Shown piece by piece: positions 18,234 to 28,678 of a stretch of 43,730 nucleotides of DNA. The first letter of the stretch is position 1. Every line of letters starts with the position of its first letter. A program made the translations under genes and the position numbers. The stretch lies in contig CAZXAD010000001.1 in NCBI GenBank assembly GCA_964638825.1, positions 1 to 43,730 of the forward strand, in the 5' to 3' direction. A model generated the notes under the pieces. That model did not search any database. It was given only the letters and a program-made list of their open reading frames with translations, and was not told the origin of the DNA. Source of the DNA: an uncultured Candidatus Saccharibacteria bacterium (GTDB taxonomy: Bacteria; Patescibacteriota; Saccharimonadia; QS-5-54-17).

Positions 18234-20081
18234 TTATGCTACTTGTGATTTGGGGTCGACGGTATCTTTGAGAATTTCTATCACTTCTTCTTCGACGAGT
18301 GTTTCTTTTTCCAATAACTCTTTGGCGAGTTTCTCGAGTGCTTCCTGATTTTGTTTGATTACCGAGCGTGCCCTGGTTTCCGCTTCTTCAAGCAGGGCGC
18401 TAATAGCTTTGTCGATTTTCTCCGCCGTTGCTTCGGAATAGTCCTTGGTTTGTGAAAGTTCCTTATCGAGTAAAATGGAATTGTCACTTGAATCCAGATA
18501 CTGGTTGGCCAGTTCTTCGCTCATACCGTATTTTATGACCATATCCCGGGCAGTGTTAGTAACATTGCGCAAATCATTGCTGGCACCGGTCGTAATTTGA
18601 TCATGTCCAAAGATAATTTCTTCGGCTACACGGCCACCCATCGCCATGGCCATAGAATCTTTGAATTCAGCTAAGGAGTGGTAAATCTTATCCTCTGTAG
18701 GCAAGCTCCACGTTATCCCGGCAGCACCGCCGCGACTGATAATCGTTACTTTGTGGATTGGATTGGCATGTTCCAGAATGTGGCCGATAAGCGCATGGCC
18801 ACCCTCGTGGTATGCCGTCACTTTCTTTTCATGATCGCTGAGTACCTTGGTTTTACGCTCAGGACCGATCGCCACTTTTTCGAACGCGTCATCAAGATCT
18901 TTGTTGATAATCTTTTTCCGGTTAGCACGGGCAGCTAGAATAGCTGCTTCATTTATGACATTGGCCAGATCCGCGCCGCTCATGCCGGCCGTTTTCCCGG
19001 CCAGCGCGTCAAGATCGATGTCATCCCCGGTCTTTTTCTCTTCCAAGTGGACTTGCAGGATGGCGTGGCGGTCTTTACGGTCGGGAAGTTCCAGTTGTAC
19101 TTGACGGTCGAACCTGCCCGGACGAAGCAATGCCGGATCCAACACGTCCGGGCGGTTAGTAGCCGCCATGACGATCACATTGGTACCCTGTTCGAACCCG
19201 TCCATCTCTACCAGGATTTGGTTCAACGTTTGTTCGCGTTCATCATGGCCACCGCCCATGCCGGAACCGCGCTTACGGCCGACGGCATCGATTTCATCAA
19301 TGAATATAATGCAGGGGGCGTTTTTCTTGGCTTTCATGAACAAATCACGGACACGGCTTGCCCCGACGCCCACAAACATTTCTACGAATTCCGAGCCGGA
19401 AATACTGAAAAACGGAGCATCGGCTTCACCTGCCACCGCCCGGGCAATCATGGTTTTCCCAGTACCCGGCGCACCGATCATAAGCACGCCTTTCGGAATA
19501 CGGGCACCGATATCAGAGAACTTCTTGGGCGTCTTCAGAAACTCGACAACTTCTTGTAGTTCCTCCTTGGATTCCTCGGATCCGGCTATATCCTTGAACA
19601 TAACTTTTTCTTTTTCGTTGCCGTATAACCTGGCTTTGCTCTTGCCGAATCCCATGGCTTGGTTGCTCTGCCCTTGGGCCTGGCGCATCATGAAGTAAAA
19701 GAAGGCAATAATAACTACGATCGGCAAAAAGGATATTAACAATATATCCAGTAAACGCCCTTGGTCGGACGGATCCTTGGTAGTTACCGTTACTTCGCTC
19801 GGGTTAATCCCGTATTCGGTAATGCTTACCCCTGGATCTTCACGGTAGGTTATCAATTCCGGCGCCCCTTCCTGGGTGGGGACAGCGGTAATCTTGCTGC
19901 CATCGATCACTAATTCTTCGATTTTTCCTTGATTAACTTGCTGCACTACTTCGGACAACGAAACCTGTTCCGTGTTCGTATCGGTATTGGTAAGTGCTAG
20001 TACCACCAGGACAATCGCGACAATAACGGCAATAAATCCGAGATTACGGCTCTGATTATTCATATTTTTCAATGGCTTCAT
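18234..20081 (-). CDS. ftsH: ATP-dependent zinc metalloprotease FtsH
   Basis: Walker A GAPGTGKT, Walker [12 protein letters not shown] region [19 protein letters not shown], zinc motif HEGGHA. Confidence 0.98.
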   Translation of the reverse strand: MKPLKNMNNQSRNLGFIAVIVAIVLVVLALTNTDTNTEQVSLSEVVQQVNQGKIEELVIDGSKITAVPTQEGAPELITYREDPGVSITEYGINPSEVTVTTKDPSDQGRLLDILLISFLPIVVIIAFFYFMMRQAQGQSNQAMGFGKSKARLYGNEKEKVMFKDIAGSEESKEELQEVVEFLKTPKKFSDIGARIPKGVLMIGAPGTGKTMIARAVAGEADAPFFSISGSEFVEMFVGVGASRVRDLFMKAKKNAPCIIFIDEIDAVGRKRGSGMGGGHDEREQTLNQILVEMDGFEQGTNVIVMAATNRPDVLDPALLRPGRFDRQVQLELPDRKDRHAILQVHLEEKKTGDDIDLDALAGKTAGMSGADLANVINEAAILAARANRKKIINKDLDDAFEKVAIGPERKTKVLSDHEKKVTAYHEGGHALIGHILEHANPIHKVTIISRGGAAGITWSLPTEDKIYHSLAEFKDSMAMAMGGRVAEEIIFGHDQITTGASNDLRNVTNTARDMVIKYGMSEELANQYLDSSDNSILLDKELSQTKDYSEATAEKIDKAISALLEEAETRARSVIKQNQEALEKLAKELLEKETLVEEEVIEILKDTVDPKSQVA

Positions 20082-20239
20082 AAAACGTCACATCCTTTAA
20101 TATTCTTAGTATAAAATAAATTAGCTCAACTCACTAGCGTATAGTTTCCGCGTTTTCACTTAAGAAAAGCGTAAACACCAGCTGCTGCACCCACGTGAAT
20201 CACGAATAAGTCTTGAGTTTATGGCTATAATCAAACGAA

Positions 20240-21166
20240 TTAGTGCGCCGCGGGAGCATTAGCAACAAATACTACCATAGCATCCGCCTCCATGCGCGCC
20301 CAAACCCGCCGGGACAACGAGAGCTGTTTTCCTTTCTTGGCTGTTTTATAAAAATGCTCAAGCCGCACCACCGCATCAAAATCGACTTCCATGTAACCCT
20401 GAAAATACGTTTTTAGCATCATATACAACACGTCGCGCGCTGTCGCCACATTATACGTGCGCAACTGCGTCCGGTCGATATATATGCCGTTGTCCGAATA
20501 TGTCACCGTCTTGTTAAGCACCGTATTTATGTATTGTTCACGGATGCGCCGTTGCTCGTCATACTCACGTAACTGTTTATACAATTGCTCTCTTTGGGTG
20601 TCGCTGAGTTGTTGGCGGATGCGGTTGCGCAGAGTAAAGGACGGATCACGGTTAGTCGGGTCTTCACGCCATATGAGAGTATGCCTATCGGCGTATTTGA
20701 GTAATTCGTATTTTGTAACTCCGAGCAATGGGCGTTTAATGAGTTTTGTTTCGTGTAGCGGTGAAAGACCGATCCAACCGGCACCGCGCTGTTTATTCAA
20801 AAGCATGGTTTCTATCCGGTCATCCAAGTGATGGGCTGTGATAATCCCGTCCGTATTCTCCTCTTCATACATCGAGTACAAGAAGTCGTACCGTGCGCGA
20901 CGGGCAGCATCTTCACTTGTTTCTTCCAGTTGCAGTCGAGCGGTTTTTACGTCCAGACCGTACTGTTTTGCCGCTTCTCGCACTAACTTTTCATCCTCAT
21001 CAGCACCATCCCGCAAACCATGGTTGCAGTGGACCACGACTAATTCATATCCCTCTTGTTGCGTAAGCATATGCAACAAACTCATCGAGTCCACCCCGCC
21101 GGAGATCGCTACGACATACCGGCCGCTTTCGGGAAAGGTAATTTTTTCCATTAATCCATCTTCCAT
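20240..21166 (-). CDS. tilS: tRNA(Ile)-lysidine synthase TilS
   Basis: PP-loop VAISGGVDS; HCNHGLR; AHHLDD; classic position upstream of ftsH. Confidence 0.9.
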   Translation of the reverse strand: MEDGLMEKITFPESGRYVVAISGGVDSMSLLHMLTQQEGYELVVVHCNHGLRDGADEDEKLVREAAKQYGLDVKTARLQLEETSEDAARRARYDFLYSMYEEENTDGIITAHHLDDRIETMLLNKQRGAGWIGLSPLHETKLIKRPLLGVTKYELLKYADRHTLIWREDPTNRDPSFTLRNRIRQQLSDTQREQLYKQLREYDEQRRIREQYINTVLNKTVTYSDNGIYIDRTQLRTYNVATARDVLYMMLKTYFQGYMEVDFDAVVRLEHFYKTAKKGKQLSLSRRVWARMEADAMVVFVANAPAAH

Positions 21167-21183
21167 GTAATAATTGTAGCAAT

Positions 21184-21789
21184 ATGGATAAGCATGCGGT
21201 GTTTGATGAGTTGAACGATCTGCAAAAGTTTCTGCTCGATTTCCGGGAAATCGAACGCGTCACCACGATTCCGGGCACATACAGCCGAATACACGAAAAC
21301 GACGTTGAACATAGTTATTTCCTGGCTATGTCAGCGTGGTATGTGTCAGATAAATTAAGGCTGCCGCTTGATCGCGAAAAAGTACTTAAGTACTCATTGG
21401 TGCACGATCTTCCAGAAACATACGCGGGCGATGTAGACGCGTTTGCCAGTCAAAAAGAGCGCCAAGCGAAAAAACACCGTGAAGCCGAAGCAGTAAAAAA
21501 AATAACAGCACGGTTCGGCAATACATTCCCCGGAATGCTAGAAACACTACATGAATACGAAGCCCAGAAAGACGAAGAAAGCCGCTTTATTAAAGCGCTG
21601 GATAAACTCATGCCGCCGATCATGATCGCCTTGGATGAGGGCAGAAGCTGGCAGGAACACGGAATCACGCAGGAACGGCTTATTGAAAACAAATTACAAA
21701 GTACGAATATCTCCGAACCGGTGAGCCAAGTTTGCAACGCATTACTGGAATACTTACGCCAACATCCGGAATATTTTGCTGCCGAGTAG
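21184..21789 (+). CDS. HD-domain phosphohydrolase (YfbR-like 5'-nucleotidase family)
   Basis: H...HD...D pattern: ENDVEHSYFLA, LVHDLPETYAGDV, KALDKL. Confidence 0.75.
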   Translation: MDKHAVFDELNDLQKFLLDFREIERVTTIPGTYSRIHENDVEHSYFLAMSAWYVSDKLRLPLDREKVLKYSLVHDLPETYAGDVDAFASQKERQAKKHREAEAVKKITARFGNTFPGMLETLHEYEAQKDEESRFIKALDKLMPPIMIALDEGRSWQEHGITQERLIENKLQSTNISEPVSQVCNALLEYLRQHPEYFAAE

Positions 21790-21827
21790 GCGCGTTCTTA
21801 GGTGTACATTCATAATGCAAGTAGAAA

Positions 21828-22154
21828 TTACTGTTCTAAGTTTGTAGCTCCAGTATCACTCTGTTCATCCTGCCCATTGTAGACTTCATCAATGACTGCC
21901 CCCCATGCTGCTTCTACTCTACCGTCAACTAAATATATATATTCTAAATGTCTTTTTAACGCTTCAGGGTCGCTTTCGTATTCAGCTATATCTTTGATAC
22001 ACTCTCTCATAGCATCGTCTGCTTTTCCATTCAAATTATCGTGAAGTAAACGCTCAACTACTAGCTGAAGTTTCTTAATTCGAATAACATATTCGTCTTG
22101 CTCGATTTCGTCATCCTCTCTAAACCCCGGACTATATAAATGTAGCGCTTCCAT
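21828..22154 (-). CDS. Hypothetical acidic protein (108 aa)
   Basis: ATG-started ORF in a low-GC segment; no family recognised. Confidence 0.5.
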   Translation of the reverse strand: MEALHLYSPGFREDDEIEQDEYVIRIKKLQLVVERLLHDNLNGKADDAMRECIKDIAEYESDPEALKRHLEYIYLVDGRVEAAWGAVIDEVYNGQDEQSDTGATNLEQ

Positions 22155-22522
22155 GCTTTCAATCTACACCCAGGACTAAACTAATTTCAAGTCATAAAAT
22201 TGAAATTTTGTTAAATTTTTATGCTTTTTTATGCTACACCCCATGAAAAAGCTGCAAAATTTATTTTTAAAAATTGTATTTTTGGGTAATTATTTACGCA
22301 ATCCAAGCTTGGAAACTTTTAACTTCACGGATTCTAAATTCGAATCTGCTATCTCCGGTGGCTAAAGCAAATTTAAAACCACCCGAGTAGTATTTACTTT
22401 TTCGCCCGCTTGAAACGTTACTGTTTCAAACGGAAAAGGAGGAATATACAAAATCCTAGAGCTGATATCGGGCAGCGCTTTAGCTGGTGCTGATATTAGC
22501 GTAAGGTTTGTATATTCCGACG

Positions 22523-22599
22523 TGGTACCAGGGGTGGGATTCGAACCCACGACGCCGGGCTTATGAGTCCCGTGCTCTAACCAACTGAGCTACCCTGGC
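22523..22599 (-). tRNA. tRNA with CAU anticodon (elongator Met or Ile2/lysidine type), CCA encoded
   Basis: The reverse complement is GCCAGGG TAGCTCAGTTGGTTAGAGCAC ... CTCATAA ... GTGGGTTCGAATCCCAC CCCTGGT A CCA. The D-arm and T-arm are canonical; there is a G1-U72 wobble and an A31-G39 mismatch in the anticodon stem. Confidence 0.85.
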
Positions 22600-22718
22600 C
22601 TGTAATATAGTGTACCACCTACGGAATGCTAAACCGCACTAGGATTATAGGAATTTTGCAAATAAAATTCAAAAGCTTGATTGCTATATTTAAATTTTAG
22701 TATACCTAACAAGCCCTA

Positions 22719-23066
22719 TTACACATCACCATAAGAAGCCAATGGTCCAGTTCTATTAGTTAAATAAATAGCCCGTCCTTCTTCCGTATCTATAAACAAG
22801 TCGCCGTTCCCGTCTCTTGCTCCGTATTCTGCTATTTGCTCTACGAAACCGTTAAACTCTTCACCGCTTACACTCCACTCAGCAGCAATACGTGCTAACT
22901 CTTCAAGTTCTTGAACAGCTAACTTGTGTGTTGAATGATTATCAGGATCATTTTTTGCACGAAAAGCCGCTTCGTATAATCGAGGACCGTACCGTTCTTT
23001 GAATCCTGTAACGTCACCGCCAAAGAGGGTAGGGTGGAATTCCGGATATATTGTTTCATGTTTCAT
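22719..23066 (-). CDS. Hypothetical protein (115 aa)
   Basis: ATG-started ORF; no family recognised. Confidence 0.5.
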   Translation of the reverse strand: MKHETIYPEFHPTLFGGDVTGFKERYGPRLYEAAFRAKNDPDNHSTHKLAVQELEELARIAAEWSVSGEEFNGFVEQIAEYGARDGNGDLFIDTEEGRAIYLTNRTGPLASYGDV

Positions 23067-23116
23067 CGGTTCAATACTACTATAAATATGCTTGCCAATA
23101 AATGCCTGGGGAAGGT

Positions 23117-24853
23117 TTACCAGCTTCCGCCACCCCCGCCGCCGACACCGCCTCCGGAGAAGCTGCTGCCGCTGCCCGTGGACGAGCTGCTTGAGAAGTT
23201 GGATTCGGCATAACTCTTCAATCCGGTGGAGAGACTGGACGCTGCCGCCGCAGCCGACATGTTATGCATGTTCGTACCCCTATACCAGTGCTGCTGGGAA
23301 ATAACATCGATATCTTCAAACTGTTTGGCCCATTTTTTCTCGACGCCGAGCGCGATAGCATAGGGAAGATATTCATTGAACTGCTTGGGGTTGCGCTCCG
23401 GCGCGTCATGAAAGTCGAGCCGTTCTTTCTGGGTGAACATCAAGAACTCCTTAAACCCTTCTATTTCCGCCCAGCCGGAATAACCTTTCCTGGTTACTCG
23501 TGAATGCAACGAGGTGTATCGCCATACGCCATAAAAAAGCACTACGACCATAACCCCGAACAGCAGTACTGGGTATATAAACACAATTATTCCCGTAATG
23601 ATGAACCCGATAATCCAGGCTGTTTTCGGTCCTTTCAGTTTAATGACCTTTGTTCCTTTCGAGTCATCTTTTTCCCGATAATATCCTTTCTTTTCCAGAC
23701 GTGTTACGAGAGTCTCGTGCATCTGTTTGATGGCTTTGTTCATTTTCTGAGAGTCTACGGATTCCATGTCTACGGAATCTCCGCTGCTAAATAACGGCTC
23801 CAGTATATCGCGTTCGAAATCTTCCAGAGCATCAAAGGGTTTCTGTTTGTGTACGCGATACGTCGTATCCGTAAAGAAGAGCAGTTTTCTATCTTTTTGC
23901 TGTTCTATGGTGATGTATCCGCGTGTAGCCACATCTATCAATGTCGCCGTAAATTCCGTAGCGTCGCTGTCATTGTCACTTAATAGCCCGACCTCTGCCG
24001 GTTTTAAACCTTCGGGTGGTTTATACTGGGGTACGACAGTCTGATCCGCTCTGCGTTTACGATACATTAGATACGACCACCCCAGTTTGCCAAGTAGCGC
24101 CAGCACTCCCGCGCTAAACAGTCCGACAAGCCCGAGGACGGCCCACGAAGTATTATCTCCGCTGCGTTCCATTGGTTTTACTTCAGGGTATTGGTTGAAA
24201 CTATCCGGTGGGAACGCAGCTTCAATAGTCAAACCTTCGCCGGAATCAAGCCCTTCCATAACAGTGAACGTCGCAAGAATGCTGCTGGTATTCGTATTGC
24301 ATTTCTGCGTGTTTTCTCCAAATTTTCCCGTATAGCACTCAATGTTTGTTACATCCGGTTGGCTCATCAACCGTGCGCTTGCTTGTCGGATCGGCACGTC
24401 CCACTCATTCCCTATCACATCCAATCGGAATATGTCTTCAGTTTCGCCTGGCAAAGCAACCGGTTGTAAAGTATAGCGTATCTCATAGGTGTGCTGACCG
24501 GTGATATATACATCCGGATTGCCGATGCGGATTCTGACAGTATTTTCTTCTTCTGTAACTTGATAACTTTCTTGTGTTGTTTCTTTACGTTCAACTGACT
24601 GCAGGTTGAATTCGGTTTCAAATCCTTTTTCTTCTTCTGTGAAATAACGTACGGGAATTTCACGGTAAATGCCTCGACGTTCATTGCTGCCGAAATCATA
24701 GGTGATGTGCTCGGTAATAGCGACAGTATTCTCTTTGGTAAGTTTTATCTCGCTCTCAAAATTTTGTATATATTCGCCACTGGCTGAAACATTTTGTGAC
24801 AATACCACAGATAATACCAACAGTGTTACTATTAGTAATCCCTTGAATTTCAT
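23117..24853 (-). CDS. DUF2207-family membrane protein with Gly-rich C-terminus
   Basis: Signal peptide, large N-terminal extracytoplasmic domain, TM segments, and a tail SSSSTGSGSSFSGGGVGGGGGGSW typical of DUF2207 proteins. Confidence 0.75.
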   Translation of the reverse strand: MKFKGLLIVTLLVLSVVLSQNVSASGEYIQNFESEIKLTKENTVAITEHITYDFGSNERRGIYREIPVRYFTEEEKGFETEFNLQSVERKETTQESYQVTEEENTVRIRIGNPDVYITGQHTYEIRYTLQPVALPGETEDIFRLDVIGNEWDVPIRQASARLMSQPDVTNIECYTGKFGENTQKCNTNTSSILATFTVMEGLDSGEGLTIEAAFPPDSFNQYPEVKPMERSGDNTSWAVLGLVGLFSAGVLALLGKLGWSYLMYRKRRADQTVVPQYKPPEGLKPAEVGLLSDNDSDATEFTATLIDVATRGYITIEQQKDRKLLFFTDTTYRVHKQKPFDALEDFERDILEPLFSSGDSVDMESVDSQKMNKAIKQMHETLVTRLEKKGYYREKDDSKGTKVIKLKGPKTAWIIGFIITGIIVFIYPVLLFGVMVVVLFYGVWRYTSLHSRVTRKGYSGWAEIEGFKEFLMFTQKERLDFHDAPERNPKQFNEYLPYAIALGVEKKWAKQFEDIDVISQQHWYRGTNMHNMSAAAAASSLSTGLKSYAESNFSSSSSTGSGSSFSGGGVGGGGGGSW

Positions 24854-25038
24854 GCGCCTTATTGTACCAATAAATTATAGAAACGTCCGTTTATCATTAA
24901 TTTCGAAAAAGGGAATTAGAAATCATATTTAAATCATATTTCCGAAATAGGGAACAAATAATTCTGGATCTCTGTATTCGCTAAAGTTTTTACGAAACAG
25001 GCAAGATCACAAAAAGGAGTGGTGGAAAAGTAGCCGGC

Positions 25039-25353
25039 TTATTCCGAATTCTCTTTGGGTTCTTTCCCTAAACCGTCATTATACTGTCTTACATCAAAGT
25101 ATGCATCATACGCAAAGCCGAAGGCTATCATTGCCCCCGCGATTGTCATCACTATGACGCCCGGGTCAGTTACTAACGATTGCGGATCTACCGTTACATC
25201 CTGGGCGTATTGGGGTGTAGGACCAAACATCCATAACACCATTGCCGCGATAAGCAATACGCCGAACCGTACTCTCGTTCCCGCATACAGATACCCTGTT
25301 CCCGGAACGAGGAAATTCAAAATAGCTGCTATCCATGGGTTTTTCTTTTTCAT
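25039..25353 (-). CDS. Small membrane protein (104 aa, about 3 TM)
   Basis: NPWIAAILNFLVPGTGYLYAG motif and hydrophobic helices. Its ATG overlaps the PBP1A stop (ATGA), implying translational coupling. Confidence 0.65.
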   Translation of the reverse strand: MKKKNPWIAAILNFLVPGTGYLYAGTRVRFGVLLIAAMVLWMFGPTPQYAQDVTVDPQSLVTDPGVIVMTIAGAMIAFGFAYDAYFDVRQYNDGLGKEPKENSE

Positions 25354-27797
25354 ACCCGCATCCTAACAGAAAGGTATCCGAAACGCTTCTTGTTCAAAAT
25401 ACTCGTATCTTCCCCGCCTCCTGAATCATTAGAGTCTTCACTCTTAGTATCAGCGCTGACAGTATTGGATTGATCGCTCTCATTTTCGGCTTCATCATAG
25501 GCTGTCACGTAATATGTATACTTTGTGTCCGGATCGAGCCCGGAATCGGTATAGGAAGTAGTACTGACATTGGCAACTTGCGTTCCGTCCCGGTAGACGT
25601 AGTACCCAGCCACACCGGTATCGTCAGTACTTTTATCCCATTTCAGCTTGATTTCACTTGAACTCTGCTCTTTGGCGGTTAGGTTAGAAGGTGCTGTGGG
25701 ATCTTGCGTGTCTTCCTCGGTATCCTCTTCCTCTTCTTCATCCTCGTTGTTTTGATTCCGATTTCTTTCTTCCTGATCGTCTTCTTCCTCCTCTTCTTCA
25801 GGTTCCGGTGCTTCGCAATTACCGGAAGGTACGGTACCCCGCAAGAAATGCTCCGTGTATGTTCCTTCGAATGGACGCTCGGCGGGCAAGTAATTGCTCC
25901 GGCACAGCAGAACGGCTTCCACGCTTTCGGGTTTCTGGAAGTCAACTGGTTCAAGGTCCGCCAAGAACGACTGCATGGCTTCCCGCCAAATCGGGCCGGC
26001 GCCGCTCGATCCGCCGATGCCGTTCATCGGTTCATTGGAATTGTTTCCAACCCATACCCCCACGGTAAGGTTCGGGGTATAACCGACCGTTAGAGCATCC
26101 CGACTGTCTTCAGTGGTGCCGGTCTTTACGGCAGCAGGACGGTCGATCGTTAAGCTGCCGCCGAAAGTCGGCGCCCGGGCCGCGTCATCGGAAAGTATGG
26201 ACGAAATTAAGAATGCCGGGCCTTCCTCTACCACTTGCTCACCTTCTGGTTCATGCGTGTAGATGGTTTCCCCATATTTATCCTGTATCTCTTGGATGGT
26301 TGTCGGCTCAAACTGTGTTCCCTGATTGGCAAAGGCGGCGTACGCGTTCGTCAAATTCAACAATTCAACTTCAGCAGTGCCGAGCGCGAGCGACAAGCCG
26401 TAAGAATCCGGGTTGTCTACTTCTTCCATACCTAATTTTTGAGCCATACCCACTGCTTCCTCCACGCCCAGCCGTTCCATAACTTTCACCGAAGGTATGT
26501 TCAGTGATTGCGCGAGCGCGTCCCTGACTGTTACATCGCCGCGGTAGGCAAAATCGAAATTTTCCGGCTGATAATCGGTTCCGAATGTCGTCGGTTCATC
26601 GCGGATAATCGTGACCGGCGTGATTTCGCGCTGTTGTAGTGCTTCGGTATAATAAATAGGTTTAAAGCTAGAGCCCGGTTGGCGCGGAGTGGTGGCCATG
26701 TTTACCTTGCCGAACTCTTCATTTTCCCAATCCGCGCTGCCGACTAGGGCTCGTATCGTGCCGTTTCTCGGGTCGATCGCTACTAGAGAGCCGTTGGTAG
26801 CACCGGCTGATTTTATACTCTCTATTTGGTTTTGAACCGCGGTATGGGCCTGCCTTTGCCACGTAATATCCAAAGTCGTGGTAACCCGGAATCCGGAACG
26901 GGCTATCTCTTCTTCTCCGTAGCGCTCTTTTAGTTCGTCTATGGCCATATTGGCATAATGTTGAGCAAAACTGTCTCCTTCCTCCGGCGGCTGCTGGAAT
27001 TGCAAGTTTTGGTTTAGATATGCGGTCTTTTCTTCGGAAGTTATATATCCCGCCTCTTCCATGCTCGTGAGTACCGTTTCCTGCCGTTCTTTGGCGGCCT
27101 CTTTATCACCGGAGATCGGCGACATGGCAGAAGGACCGGGAAGAATGCCTATCAGTAGACTGCTTTCGGCTACGGTTAGTTCCTGAGCCGGTTTATTAAA
27201 GTATGTGTTGGCCGCGTCTTCTATGCCGAATGCACCCTCACCGAAATATACGGAATTAAGATACATTTCCAGTATCTCGTCTTTGCTGTAATAGCGTTCG
27301 ATCGCGATCGCAAGCGACAACTCCTGGTATTTACGCAAATATGTTTTTCTATTGGTGAGCAGTGCGTTTTTAGCTAATTGCTGCGTAATAGTCGAACCAC
27401 CGTAATGCTTTAAGTCTTTTTGAAGCACATTACCGTATAACGCAGCCAGCATGGCTTTGACCGAATAACCCCCATGGTCGTAAAACTCGCGATCTTCGGT
27501 GGCGATGAGCGCTTGTGGTACATGATCGGGCATTTTCTCCAGTGGTATATCCTCGCTATCAGAGGATTCGGCACCATACGCACGGTAGAACTCTTCTCCA
27601 TGCCGGTCTACCAACACCACACCGGTATCCTTGCGGTTCATTAACCGTTCTTTATTGGCGATATCACGAGCGAAATAGGCGTAGGTTAGTAGCGGAATCA
27701 ATACCAGTATAACTGCTACTACGCCACCTACTACTGCGATTTTACGACGCAGCGTCAGCTCCCGAAACCACGTATACGTGTCCTTTAAAACTTTCAT
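25350..27797 (-). CDS. Class A penicillin-binding protein (PBP1A-type glycosyltransferase/transpeptidase) with acidic linker and C-terminal FN3 domain
   Basis: GT51 motifs EDREFYDHGG and GGSTITQQLAKN. Transpeptidase motifs SSFKP (SxxK), SLN and KTGT. A poly-E/D linker is followed by an FN3-like segment: PSNLTA...IKLKWDKSTDDTGVAGYYVYRDG...YTYYVTAYDEAENES. Confidence 0.93.
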   Translation of the reverse strand: MKVLKDTYTWFRELTLRRKIAVVGGVVAVILVLIPLLTYAYFARDIANKERLMNRKDTGVVLVDRHGEEFYRAYGAESSDSEDIPLEKMPDHVPQALIATEDREFYDHGGYSVKAMLAALYGNVLQKDLKHYGGSTITQQLAKNALLTNRKTYLRKYQELSLAIAIERYYSKDEILEMYLNSVYFGEGAFGIEDAANTYFNKPAQELTVAESSLLIGILPGPSAMSPISGDKEAAKERQETVLTSMEEAGYITSEEKTAYLNQNLQFQQPPEEGDSFAQHYANMAIDELKERYGEEEIARSGFRVTTTLDITWQRQAHTAVQNQIESIKSAGATNGSLVAIDPRNGTIRALVGSADWENEEFGKVNMATTPRQPGSSFKPIYYTEALQQREITPVTIIRDEPTTFGTDYQPENFDFAYRGDVTVRDALAQSLNIPSVKVMERLGVEEAVGMAQKLGMEEVDNPDSYGLSLALGTAEVELLNLTNAYAAFANQGTQFEPTTIQEIQDKYGETIYTHEPEGEQVVEEGPAFLISSILSDDAARAPTFGGSLTIDRPAAVKTGTTEDSRDALTVGYTPNLTVGVWVGNNSNEPMNGIGGSSGAGPIWREAMQSFLADLEPVDFQKPESVEAVLLCRSNYLPAERPFEGTYTEHFLRGTVPSGNCEAPEPEEEEEEDDQEERNRNQNNEDEEEEEDTEEDTQDPTAPSNLTAKEQSSSEIKLKWDKSTDDTGVAGYYVYRDGTQVANVSTTSYTDSGLDPDTKYTYYVTAYDEAENESDQSNTVSADTKSEDSNDSGGGEDTSILNKKRFGYLSVRMRV

Positions 27798-27979
27798 GAA
27801 ATACCTTCTAAATTAATGGTTTTGCAAAAATGAATTAATAATAAATTTTCCACTATTCGGACTTCACTCACATTATATCATGATACATTCGCATGCTCAC
27901 CGTTCGAGTTTGAAGTCGTTTGATGTGGTTTAACTGCATTGATTTTAATAATAATCAAAAAACTAATAACAAAATTTGA

Positions 27980-28573
27980 TCACTTTTCGATATACGTCAC
28001 AATTTGGCTGTATCCGAACGGGTTTTCAATAACCTCATTCAATTTAAAACCGCTGCTGGTAAGTTGGTTAATCCTGTTGAAATTGCTGTCTTTTTCCGCA
28101 TCATAAAACCCCATAATCAAACGACCATCGGGCTTCACCATTTCCAACAAATCACTGACTTGCTGATATTTTTCGCTTTCATCAAATTGCCAATTATCCC
28201 ACACATTCCAATATATAAAATCATAAACTTCAAGCAGATGGTGGTTACCCGCTATGAAATCCCTGAAACTCACAAGTTCAAAGTTTTTTCCGTATTCGGT
28301 AAATAACTTCTTAGCACCCTCAAGATACTCATCGTTGACATCAATACCATACGGAGTAAGTGTATATTCAGACCACTCCTGCAAACACCAGAGCAAAAAT
28401 CCGTTCGCACATCCTATATCAATAATCGAACCTGGATGATGGATGATTTGCGCAATGAATCTCCGTTGTTTCTCCCAGAGTTCATAATCAGCACCATGAA
28501 CACAACTACCTTCGATTAGCTCGGCAGCTCGCACTGGATCGTCTATTAGTTCTTTGAATTTATCCTTCGTCAT
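27980..28573 (-). CDS. Class I SAM-dependent methyltransferase-like protein
   Basis: Motif I-like IIDIGCANGFLL; size and beta/alpha pattern are consistent; substrate unknown. Confidence 0.6.
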   Translation of the reverse strand: MTKDKFKELIDDPVRAAELIEGSCVHGADYELWEKQRRFIAQIIHHPGSIIDIGCANGFLLWCLQEWSEYTLTPYGIDVNDEYLEGAKKLFTEYGKNFELVSFRDFIAGNHHLLEVYDFIYWNVWDNWQFDESEKYQQVSDLLEMVKPDGRLIMGFYDAEKDSNFNRINQLTSSGFKLNEVIENPFGYSQIVTYIEK

Positions 28574-28678
28574 GACCTAATTCTAAGATAACTTTCCGTC
28601 GTATGTAAGTTTTAGCAAGATTTTGCTTTTTTGTGTTACGCTAATGTTAAATAATATACATTAAAACAGGAAACGAAC

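Noticed and set aside
19047-19698. 170-aa and 176-aa plus-strand ORFs inside ftsH
   Set aside because: They are antisense shadow ORFs of a certain gene.
22362-22550. 62-aa minus-strand ORF
   Set aside because: It overlaps the 3' part of the tRNA-CAU at 22523-22599, and the rest is an AT-rich spacer.
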